64,000 nucleotides of DNA. Origin: an uncultured Chloroflexia bacterium (lineage in GTDB: Bacteria; Chloroflexota; Limnocylindria; QHBO01). The stretch spans positions 19,758-83,757 of the forward strand of contig CAVZAQ010000013.1 of the NCBI GenBank assembly GCA_963773405.1, written 5' to 3'. Positions 25,510 through 33,601 of this stretch are shown here, one piece after another (positions within the stretch are counted from its first letter, which is position 1; each line of letters starts with the position of its first letter). Made by a program: the position numbers and the translations under genes. The notes under the pieces were generated by a model. The model ran no database searches. It saw only the letters and a list, made by a program, of their open reading frames with translations, and was not told where the DNA came from.

Positions 25510-28500
25510 TCAACTGCACCCGCTCGTCGCGCCGCAGTTGATGCACTTGTAGCAGGACCCGTTGCGAACCATGATCGAGCCGCATTCGCTGCACGACGGC
25601 GAGTCCGCGGTGTCGAAGATCACCGTGGGCTGACCAACCGAAAGCCGCTCGTCCCGCGCCTGCGCCACGATCTTCAGCCCATCCAGCAGCCCGTTCTCGT
25701 GCGCCTCTTCCGCCACCTCCCCGGTATCTGGGCCGGCTGGCGCCTCTCCGGCCTGAACCGGGGCTGTGGTCGCGTCAACTTCAGATCGTCTCCCCGTCCG
25801 GAGCCGCAGCGGAACCGGATGGGCGGCGGCGGGCACGCGGCCGCTGAGACGAGGCTCGAGGCGGACGGGGCGTCCTCGCCGCCTCCCCAACTGCCACTGG
25901 CGTGGCTCCGCGAGGGACATCTGCCGATTGACCACGCCCACCCCATCCTGCTCATCCCGCGACAGGAACTTGCTGGCGAGGTACCGGAAGATGTAGTCGA
26001 CGATGGACTTGGCCATGGGCACGTCCTGGTTCCAGGTGAACCCGGCCGGCTCGAAGCGCATGTGGCTGAACTTGTTGACCAGGTCCTTCAGCGGCACCCC
26101 GTACTGGAGGGCGACGCTCACCGCGATGGCGAACGCCTCCATCATCCCGGCGACGGTGCTCCCCTCCTTGGAGATCCGGATGAAGAGCTCGCCCGGCTGC
26201 CCGTCGTCGTACAGGCCCACCGTGAGATACCCCTCGTGCCCGGCCACGTTGAACTTGTGGGTGAACGCGCTGCGCTCATCGGGCAGCCGCCGGCGGATGG
26301 GCCGGTAGACGGTGGTGACCGATGCGGCCGTATCGGTCTTGGCTGCGTCGCCGCCTTCCTTCTTGGTGTTCAGGGGCTGGCTGCGCTTGGAGTTGTCCCG
26401 ATAGACCGCGATGGCCTTGAGGCCCAGCTTCCAGCCGTCGATGTAGACCTGGGCGATCTCCGCCGCGGTCGACGCCTCCGGCATGTTCACCGTCTTGCTG
26501 ATGGCGCCACTGATGAACGGCTGGACCGCGGCCATCATCTTGAGGTGCCCGTTGTAGTGGATGGAGCGGGTGCCGTTGGCCGGCTTGAAGGCGCAGTCGA
26601 AGACGTCCAGATGCTCGTCGCGCAGGTGCGGCGCGCCCTCGATGGTCTCGTGCTCGTCGATGTAGCCGACGATCTCCTCGACCTGGGTCGCGGAGTAGCC
26701 GAGCCGCTTGAGCGCGTGCTGGACCGTGTGGTTCACGATCTTCAGGTAGCCGCCGCCCACCAGGCGCTTGTACTTGATGAGGGCGATATCGGGCTCAACC
26801 CCGGTGGTGTCGCAGTCCATCATGAAGGCGATGGTGCCGGTGGGCGCCAGCACGGACAGCTGCCCATTGCGGAAGCCGGTCTTCTCGCCCAGGGCCACCA
26901 CCTCGTCCCACGCGGTCAGCGTGGCATCCAGCAGGTCCTCGGGGACCAGCTTCGATCGATGCGGTAGGCCGCGTCGCGGTGCATCCCCATGACCTTGAGG
27001 TACGGCTCGCGGTTGACCGCGTAGCCCGCAAACGGCCCGCCCTGGTCGCGGGAGATGCGCGCGCTCTGGAGCGCCGCCTCCGCCTGCATCAGGGCGGTGA
27101 CCGCCGCCGAGTAGGAGCGACCGGCATCGGAGTCATAGGCCAGCCCGCGGTTCATGAGCAGGGCGCCAAGGTTGGCGTAGCCCAGGCCGATGGGGCGGAA
27201 GTCGCGGGAGTTCTCCCCGATCCGCGGCGTGGGGTAGCTCGCGTTGTCGACGATGATCTCCTGCGCGGTGAACACGATCCGCACCGCGTGGCGGTAGTCC
27301 TCGATCGCGAACTCCCCGTCGTCGCTCACGAACTTCATGAGGTTCAGGCTCGCGAGGTTGCAGGCCGAGTCGTCGAGGTACATGTACTCGCTGCACGGGT
27401 TGCTGGCGTTGATGGGGCTCGTGTTGGCGGACGTGTGCCAGCGGTTCACGTTGTCGTGGTACTGGATCCCCGGGTCGCCGCAGACCCAGGCCGCCTCCGC
27501 CATCTTGTTGAGGAGGTATCGGGCCTTGACGGTCTGCATGGGCTCGCCGGTCTTCACCGCGTGGGTGGTCCAGTCGCCGTCGCGCTCGACCGCGTCCATG
27601 AACGCGTCGGTCACGCGCACGGAGTTGTTCGAGTTCTGGAAGAAGACCGATTCGTAGGCGGCGCCGCCGTTGAAGTTGCCGTCATAGCCGGCGTCGATCA
27701 GCGCCCAGGCCTTCTTCTCCTCGACCAGCTTGCAGTCGATGAACTCCTCGACATCGGGGTGGTCGATGTTGAGGATCACCATCTTCGCCGCGCGCCGGGT
27801 CTTGCCGCCGGACTTGATCACGCCGGCGAAGGCGTCGAAGCCCTTCATGAAGCTGACCGGGCCCGATGCGGAGCCGCCGCCCTTGAGCCCCTCGTGCTTG
27901 GACCGCAGGGTGGAGAGGTTGGAGCCGGTGCCGGAGCCGAACTTGAAGAGCATCCCCTCCGTCTTGGCCAGGGTCAGGATGGACTCCATGGTGTCTTCGA
28001 CGGAGTTGATGAAGCACGCGGAGCACTGGGGCTTGACGTCGATCCCCACGTTGAACCAGACCGGGGAGTTGAAGGAGGCACGCTGCTTGAGGAGGATGTC
28101 CTTGAGCTCGTCGCGGAACGCTGGCGGCGTCGCCATCGGTCGCGAAGTAGGCGTCCTTGATGCCCCAGTCGGCGATGGTGTCGGCCACCCGGTCGATCAT
28201 CTGCTTGACGGAGTGCTCGCGCTCCGGGGTGCCCATGGTGCCGCGGAAGTACTTGGAGGCGACCACGTTGGTGGCCAGGGCCGACCAGCTCTTGGGGAAC
28301 TCCAGGTTCTTCTGCTCGAAGACGACCTTGCCGTGCTCGTTGGTGATGGCGGCTTCGCGCTTGTCCCACTCGACGGTGTCGTAGGGGTGGACCCCCTCGC
28401 GGGTGAAGCGCCGCTCGATGGCCAGGCCCTTCCAGGTGCGGGCCGCGCCCGGCTCAAGCTGTGAGTAGCCCGTCTTGCGCTTCGCAACCCCCGTTGCGCC

Positions 28501-28661
28501 CTGGCCGGTGGTGGTCCCGTGGCCGTTGCCGGTTCCGTGGCCGTTGCCGGTTCCGTGGCCGTTGTGGCCGTTGCCGGTTCCGGGCCGTTGCCGGTTCCGT
28601 GGCCGTTGTGGCCGTTGGTCTTGGCGGCTGCGGCCGTGGTGGGGGTCGCGGAGCGTGCCAT
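25510..28661 (-). pseudogene. nrdJ: Class II (adenosylcobalamin-dependent) ribonucleotide reductase NrdJ, split over 4 reading frames by at least 3 single-base indels (near 28580, 28135, 26940); probably sequencing errors
   Basis: ORFs 28197..28661, 27682..28266, 26916..28136 and 25510..26901 (all -) align end-to-end with NrdJ. Recognisable segments: ...VASKYFRGTMGTPEREHSVKQMIDRVADTIADWGIKDAYFATDGDAA / FRDELKDILLKQRASFNSPVWFNVG...NPCSEYMYLDDSACNLASLNL... / ...VALGEKTGFRNGQLSVLAPTGTIAFMMDCDTTGVEPD...CSECGS...CYKCINCG. Confidence 0.8.
28516..28618 (-). repeat. 18-nt in-frame tandem repeat (~5 units) within the nrdJ 5' coding region, encoding (GHGTGN)n; one unit carries a 1-nt deletion
   Basis: Plus strand ccgttgccggttccgtgg units. 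The odd unit ggttccgggccg versus ggttccgtggccg in the others coincides with the first nrdJ frameshift. Confidence 0.6.
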
Positions 28662-28841
28662 CTCTCTTCAGTGCCCTCTGCCTCCGGGGGTCTGCCGCCC
28701 CGGCCTTGTCGATACGTCGCCTGCCGGCCGTTTCTGCGTCTCCCCGCGCCCTTCGCGGCCCTCCGCGGCCGCTCGCGGCCTTTCGGGGCCGGTTCGCGTC
28801 GCTTTGCGCCGTTTCGCGCCCCCGGTTGGGGCACAGTTCGC

Positions 28842-28857
28842 CCTACCCGCGGGTAGG
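28842..28857. promoter_or_regulatory. Perfect 16-bp palindrome CCTACCCGCGGGTAGG in the nrdJ leader
   Basis: Read directly; ~180 bp upstream of the nrdJ ATG; could be an operator or an RNA hairpin. Confidence 0.35.
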
Positions 28858-28989
28858 TTGGGGAGACCAGGGGCGCTGCCGGCGCCGACGGTTATGCGAG
28901 GCGTCGCTGCGGCCCTCATCGCCAGCCGCTCGACGCCGAAGTCAGGAGCGGTAGTGTAGGACGCGCCCACACCCGAGTCAAGCCGAAAA

Positions 28990-29038
28990 CCACAACATGT
29001 GGTGGTACCTTCGGGCAGGTGGCCACAACATGTCGGGG
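28990..29038. promoter_or_regulatory. Two tandem NrdR-box-like 16-bp palindromes (CCACAACATGTGGTGG and CCACAACATGTCGGGG) spaced 33 bp, upstream of nrdJ
   Basis: Both fit CAC-N8-GTG as in the NrdR box consensus acaCwAtATaTwGtgt. Tandem boxes ~3 helical turns apart are the typical NrdR site architecture. Confidence 0.45.
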
Positions 29039-29159
29039 GAGCGTAGGACAAATGTGGACGAAATGTGCATGAGCTGTGGACTCATGGTGGACGGGCGGAT
29101 AGGCGCCGGCCCCGGCCCCATGGCTGTTGCGCAGCGCAAGACTGGCTGCCACCTCCCAC

Positions 29160-29350
29160 CACTGTTACAGCCGATGTAACCCAATGTCGGCAGGAATGAC
29201 TCTGCAGGTCGGTTGTCGACGTGGTGTTGGCCGGTCGTAACGCAGCGTCGCGGATGGGGCGTCCGCGGGTAGTCGGCGGGTTGGCGGCGGTCGGCGGCGG
29301 GTCCCGGAGGCGCGTTCCCCGACGTTACGTTCCAGCCGGTCGAACATGGG
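29160..29350. repeat. Composite intergenic repeat element, copy E5 (three ~30-nt modules; terminal module CGACGTTACGTTCcagccggTCGAACAT)
   Basis: Modules at ~29160, ~29230 and ~29308, homologous to those at 30.9, 39.7, 41.7 and 44.9 kb. Confidence 0.55.
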
Positions 29351-29386
29351 GCGACGGTGGTTGCGGCGGGACGGCAGAATCGGGGC

Positions 29387-30013
29387 ATGCAAGCAGGGTG
29401 GCGGGGGCATCGGCTTCGGCCAGGCGCGACCGTCGCTGCGGTCGTGGCGCTGATGGCGGTCCCGATGCTGGCCGGATGTGGCCTGGGCAGCTCGGAGCGG
29501 GGCACCGCACCATCGGTGGATGCGTCCGCGGTGGCGACCCTGCGTGTCTCCAGCACGGCCTTCCGGGATGGCGCGAACATCCCGGCGACGTTCACGTGCG
29601 ACGCCAAGGACGCCGGAGCGGCGGTGCTCTCCCCCGCCCTGGCCTGGATAGGCGCACCGGCCACTGCGCACGCGATGGCCGTGGTGGTGATTGATCCCGA
29701 CGCGAGCAACTTCGTTCACTGGCTCGCGGCCAACGTCCCGCCGGGGAACGGAGGTTCGGGGTTCCTGGCGCAGGGCTCGTCTGGCAGCGAGGCGTCCGGC
29801 GTGGAGGGACGCAACTCCGCGGGAAAGAGCGGCTGGACGCCGCCGTGCCCGCCGTCGGGGGACAGGAAGCACCGCTACGTGGTGACGGTCTACGGGCTGA
29901 GCGAGCCACTCTCCGTGGAGGCGGGCTTCTCCCTGTCGGACCTGCGAGCGGCCATGGATGGCAAGGTCGTCGCCACGGGCACCATGACCGGCTTCTACGC
30001 GCGCACGACGTAA
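29387..30013 (+). CDS. YbhB/YbcL (PEBP/Raf-kinase-inhibitor-like) family lipoprotein
   Basis: From internal Met MQAGWRGHRL...VALMAVPMLAGCG (lipobox). PEBP motifs TFTCDAKDAGAAVLSPALAW...HRYVVTVYGL. Confidence 0.65.
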   Translation: MQAGWRGHRLRPGATVAAVVALMAVPMLAGCGLGSSERGTAPSVDASAVATLRVSSTAFRDGANIPATFTCDAKDAGAAVLSPALAWIGAPATAHAMAVVVIDPDASNFVHWLAANVPPGNGGSGFLAQGSSGSEASGVEGRNSAGKSGWTPPCPPSGDRKHRYVVTVYGLSEPLSVEAGFSLSDLRAAMDGKVVATGTMTGFYARTT

Positions 30014-30091
30014 GCAGCTGCGAAATCGGCGGCTGGGGGATCGGCGGCTGCGGGATCGGCTGCTGGGGGATCGGTCTATTGCGACATCGGT

Positions 30092-30766
30092 CTAGACCAG
30101 GGCAACCCCGTTCGCGCCCGGATCGCGTCCTTCGTGCAGGGCCGCCAGCACCGACCGTCCGTCCAGGGGCAGCTCGTCGCGGAGGAGCTCCCGGACGGTC
30201 GCCAGTGCTCGACGGTTGGCCGAGGTGTCGGGAAGGACCACGATGAACCGGGCGCCCGGCGGTCCGCCGTCTCGCCACTTGAGGTGCACGGCGCGGAGCT
30301 GGGCCTGCGCGTCTGTCAGGCGAGTGATGACCTCCACGCAGACGGTGACCCGGGTGCGGGGCTCGTGCAGAACCAGGTCGAAGGCGCGCAGGTCTCCGGA
30401 CCTGCGCAGCGGGACCTCGAGGGCGAGGCGCCAGGCAGGCGAGATGCGGTCGCGTAGGCGTCTTGTCACCGCCAGCTGGGCGACGTCCCGCATCGCCGAG
30501 CCGGCCGGGAAGACGCGGACCTGCAGCCGCAACCCCACGACCGCGGCGAGTCCCTCCAGGTCGGGCAGGGGCACGCCGCCGATTTTCCCGGTCTCGACGC
30601 GCGCGACGCGCTGGCGGGCCCAGCCCACCCGCGCAGCCACCTGCGCCTGCGTCATTCCCGCGGCGAGCCTGGCGCGGCGGATCTCCTCGCCGGCGTCCCG
30701 AAGGTGACGGGCCGCCGTCCGTTGCGCCTCGGTCACGCGCCGTACCCGCCCGGTCATGCGGTGCAT
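30092..30766 (-). CDS. XRE-family HTH transcriptional regulator with C-terminal uncharacterised domain
   Basis: Cro/C1-type HTH (LRDAGEEIRRARLAAGMTQAQVAARVGWARQRVARVETGK); ~130-aa C-terminal domain of unknown function. Confidence 0.55.
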   Translation of the reverse strand: MHRMTGRVRRVTEAQRTAARHLRDAGEEIRRARLAAGMTQAQVAARVGWARQRVARVETGKIGGVPLPDLEGLAAVVGLRLQVRVFPAGSAMRDVAQLAVTRRLRDRISPAWRLALEVPLRRSGDLRAFDLVLHEPRTRVTVCVEVITRLTDAQAQLRAVHLKWRDGGPPGARFIVVLPDTSANRRALATVRELLRDELPLDGRSVLAALHEGRDPGANGVALV

Positions 30767-30859
30767 CGTGCGCGCGGTTGGTTACCGGCGGCTTAAGGCG
30801 GGCTTGGTGCGGGTTTGGTGCGCCGGCTCAGTGGCGGGTCGGCGCGGCCTCAGTGGCGG

Positions 30860-31070
30860 TTCCGAGGCCGATGTTCGGGTGGGCCGGCGCTGGCTCGGTG
30901 GCGGGTCGGCGGCCGATGTTCGGGTGGGTCGAACGTAACGTCGCGGAGGGTGCCCTTTCGGGGCCGTTGCCGACGCCATGTTCGGGAGGGTCGAACGCTG
31001 CGTCGGGGATGAGGGGTCCGCGGGCTGTTCACCGACGTTGCGTTACAGCCGCTGTAACACGCAGCCGAGG
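30860..31070. repeat. Composite intergenic repeat element, copy E4 (modules cgATGTTCGggtgggTCGAACGTAACGTCGcgg, ccATGTTCGggagggTCGAACGctgCGTCGggg, inverted CGACGTTgCGTTAcagccgcTGTAACA), plus a ~45-nt local duplication upstream
   Basis: Read directly, 30860-31070; ggccgatgttcgggtggg occurs twice (30867, 30912). Confidence 0.55.
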
Positions 31071-31339
31071 AGGCCGGGGTGATCTGCCGAGGAGGCCGGG
31101 GCGATCTGCCGAGGAGGCCGGGGCGATCTGCCGAGGAGGCCGGGCGCCGGGGGGCCGCGCCGGAAGCGGAGGGCGCGAGGCCGAGGGTGCCGGGATCGCG
31201 GGGCTCGGGGCCCGGGCCGGGGCGGCGGGCTCGGGAGAGGCCGCGGACACTGGGGCGTCGGGGCTCGGAGCGCGGCGGGTCCTGAGCGTCCGGAGGGCCA
31301 CTGGTCCCAAACGACGATCCTTTCGGCCCGTTGCCCTAT

Positions 31340-31385
31340 CCGCATAGATGCTTAGAACATATAGCATACGAAGGCCTATAGATGG
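31340..31385. promoter_or_regulatory. AT-rich segment with imperfect inverted repeats (CATATAG...CTATAGATG) upstream of the arsR-like regulator and sulfur operon
   Basis: atagatgcttagaacatatagcatacgaaggcctatagatgg is about 40% GC in a 70% GC genome. Confidence 0.3.
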
Positions 31386-31585
31386 ACCAGGCATCGAAAA
31401 GGACTGCCGGAACGGCAAGGGAGGCGGGTTGACATGCAGAGCATCACGCGGCGACGGACCAGGTACCGCCGCCTCTTCTCATCGCCGGATTGTCTGTGCT
31501 GGCGGCTGGGCTCGCTCGCCCTGCGGCTGTCATCGCGGCGCTGAGTGACTGGACCGTTGGAACACCGAAGCCGGAGGAGCTGACC

Positions 31586-31975
31586 ATGCTGCGAGCATTG
31601 GAAGACATCTACGCCATCCAGGCGTCAATCCTCCGCACCCTCGGAAGCCCCCGCCGGCTGGAGATCATCCACGTCCTGGGCACAGGGCCGACGGAGGTTC
31701 ACCGCATCGCGGAGGAGCTGGGTGTCAGCCAGCCCACCGTCAGCCAGCACCTGGCCGCCCTCCGGGGCGCCGGCCTGGTCGACGCCGTCCGGGACGGCAG
31801 GAACGTCCGCTACGCGCTCACCGATCCGGGGATCCTGCAGGCCTGCGACCTGATGCGCGACGTCCTCTTCCGGCGTCTCGGCCGTCTCTCCAGCCTGGCC
31901 GCCACATTCGACACACCCCAGCGCCCTCGCCGGCGCACAGAGCGCGCACGCGCGCTGGAGGTTGCACACCGATGA
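31586..31975 (+). CDS. ArsR/SmtB family transcriptional regulator (sHdrR-like position)
   Basis: ATG with GGAGGA RBS. ...ILRTLGSPRRLEIIHVLGTGPTEVHRIAEELGVSQPTVSQHLAALRGAGLVDAVRDGRNVRYAL: ArsR winged helix. Confidence 0.75.
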   Translation: MLRALEDIYAIQASILRTLGSPRRLEIIHVLGTGPTEVHRIAEELGVSQPTVSQHLAALRGAGLVDAVRDGRNVRYALTDPGILQACDLMRDVLFRRLGRLSSLAATFDTPQRPRRRTERARALEVAHR

Positions 31976-32385
31976 GCGAATCCCTCTCCATCGTCCTCAG
32001 CTCGGGGACGGATGACAAGCTCCAATCCGCGGCGATCATGGCCGCGGGCGCCGCTGCCCTTGGGCAGAAGGTCAACATCCTGCTCCAGTTCTGGGCGCTC
32101 GACGCCTTCCGGTCCGATCGCATCGGCGCGGACCACGGCCTGATGCCGGAGGCGGGCGAGGCCGGCGCGGCCGCCGTCCGCGATCACACCCCACACGGGA
32201 GGCTCGAGTGGCAGGAGACCCTGCGCCAGGCGAAGGAGCTTGGCGAGGTGGAGATCCACGCCTGCACGAACTCCCTTGAGCTGCTTGGCATCGATGCCAT
32301 GGACCTCGACCCGATCGTGGACGGGGCCGGCGGCATCGCAACGTTCTTCCTGAAGGCCGAAGACGGCCCCATCGTCTTCATCTAA
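31972..32385 (+). CDS. DsrE/DsrF-like family sulfur-relay protein
   Basis: LSIVLSSGTDDKLQSAAIMAAGAAALGQKVNILLQFWALDAF...VEIHACTNSLELLGID: DsrE/YchN fold with conserved Cys. Confidence 0.6.
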   Translation: MSESLSIVLSSGTDDKLQSAAIMAAGAAALGQKVNILLQFWALDAFRSDRIGADHGLMPEAGEAGAAAVRDHTPHGRLEWQETLRQAKELGEVEIHACTNSLELLGIDAMDLDPIVDGAGGIATFFLKAEDGPIVFI

Positions 32386-32400
32386 GGAGTCGCACGAAAA

Positions 32401-32769
32401 ATGGCAGACCACGAGAAGCTCGTCTTCATGGTTACCCACGGACCCGAGCATCCGGAGCACGCGACGATCCCGTTCGTCATGGCCTGCGCGGCCCTGGCGT
32501 CCGATGTCGAAGTGGTCATGGGTTTCCAGGCTGATGGCGTCTGCATCGTCCGCGAGGGCGAGGCGGAGCACGTCGAGGCGAAGGCCTTCCCGCCCCTCAC
32601 CAAGCTCATCAACGACTTCCGCGAGCTGGGCGGAACCATGCTCGTCTGCGGGCCCTGCCTGAAGGGTCGCGAGATCGCAGAGACCGATCTTGTCGTCGGC
32701 GCCGAAGTGGTGGCCGCCGGACGGTTCATCGCCGAGATCACGTCGGCAACCAACGCCCTCGTCTACTAA
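32401..32769 (+). CDS. DsrE/DsrF-like family sulfur-relay protein
   Basis: KLVFMVTHGPEHPEHATIPFVMACAALASDVEVVMGFQADGV...MLVCGPCLKGREIA: DsrE-family with active-site Cys. Confidence 0.65.
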   Translation: MADHEKLVFMVTHGPEHPEHATIPFVMACAALASDVEVVMGFQADGVCIVREGEAEHVEAKAFPPLTKLINDFRELGGTMLVCGPCLKGREIAETDLVVGAEVVAAGRFIAEITSATNALVY

Positions 32770-32818
32770 CCCATCAACCATCCCGATCCGCCGTGCGGAT
32801 CGAATCAAAGGAGCCGAC

Positions 32819-33082
32819 ATGGACACCACCACCATCCAGCCGCTCGAAGAGATCACCGCCGCCAAGGTCATCGACGCCCGCGGCGCCGCCTGCCCGGGGC
32901 CCCTGCTGGAGGCCAAGAAGGGCATGGGCACCGTCGCCATCGGCGAGGTGATCGAGATCTGGTCCACCGATCCGGTGACCAAGACCGACATCGGCGCATG
33001 GTCCGGCAAGGTCGGGCACGAGTACCTGGGCGCCGTGCAGGACGCCGGCTACGACCGCGTCTTCGTGCGACGGATGAAGTAG
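32819..33082 (+). CDS. tusA: TusA-like sulfurtransferase
   Basis: From internal Met MDTTTIQPLEEITAAKVIDARGAACPGPLLEAKKGM...: CPxP active-site motif. Confidence 0.75.
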   Translation: MDTTTIQPLEEITAAKVIDARGAACPGPLLEAKKGMGTVAIGEVIEIWSTDPVTKTDIGAWSGKVGHEYLGAVQDAGYDRVFVRRMK

Positions 33083-33151
33083 GCGAACCGCCTGGATCAC
33101 GGGGCGCGGCTGCCGCGCCCCGGATCCGCCACCAAGGGAGTCGATGAACAG

Positions 33152-33601
33152 ATGAGCGCGCAGATAGTCGCCGAGGCTCCGGTGGCCCACACGGGCCCAC
33201 CGAGGATCCTGGTCTTCTCCACGAACAACATCAGCGACCCGGGGATCGACCTGGCGGGCAGCGCCCACATGCACTACTCCCCGGGCGTCAAGGTGATCAA
33301 CCTGCCGTGCACCAGCGGCATCCGCCCGTCGTGGATCCTCCACGCCCTGGAGACCGGCTTCGACGGCGTGTTCGTGGCCTCCGACGGCGACGAGTGCGCC
33401 TACCTGCCCGACTGCGGCAAGCGCTCCTCGCGGATCCTTGCCGAGGCCCAGGCGACGATGAAGGAGCGCGGCATCGACCCGAACCGGGTGCGCCTGGCCG
33501 CGATCTGCTCCGTCTGCTCGGAGCCGTTCACCAAGCACGTCACCCAGTTCTCAACCGCCCTGGCCGAGCTTGCGCCCGGCGACCACGAGGTGACCAGATG
33601 A
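33152..33601 (+). CDS. MvhD/FlpD-like (methyl-viologen-reducing hydrogenase delta subunit family) iron-sulfur protein
   Basis: ILVFSTNNISDPGIDLAGSAHMHYSPGVKVINLPCTSGIRPSWILHALETGFDGVFVASDGDECAYLPDCG: MvhD signature. Confidence 0.7.
   Translation: MSAQIVAEAPVAHTGPPRILVFSTNNISDPGIDLAGSAHMHYSPGVKVINLPCTSGIRPSWILHALETGFDGVFVASDGDECAYLPDCGKRSSRILAEAQATMKERGIDPNRVRLAAICSVCSEPFTKHVTQFSTALAELAPGDHEVTR

Noticed and set aside
28662-29000. Cobalamin riboswitch upstream of nrdJ
   Set aside because: I looked for a B12-box (GCCACTG-like) and the conserved riboswitch core on the nrdJ-sense strand and found none. B12 riboswitches usually control B12-independent RNRs rather than nrdJ. NrdR boxes fit better.
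30860-31070. CRISPR array (repeated ~30-nt units with spacers)
   Set aside because: Units are degenerate, irregularly spaced and occur in both orientations at several distant loci, with no regular repeat-spacer periodicity and no cas genes. A REP/MITE-like repeat family fits better.
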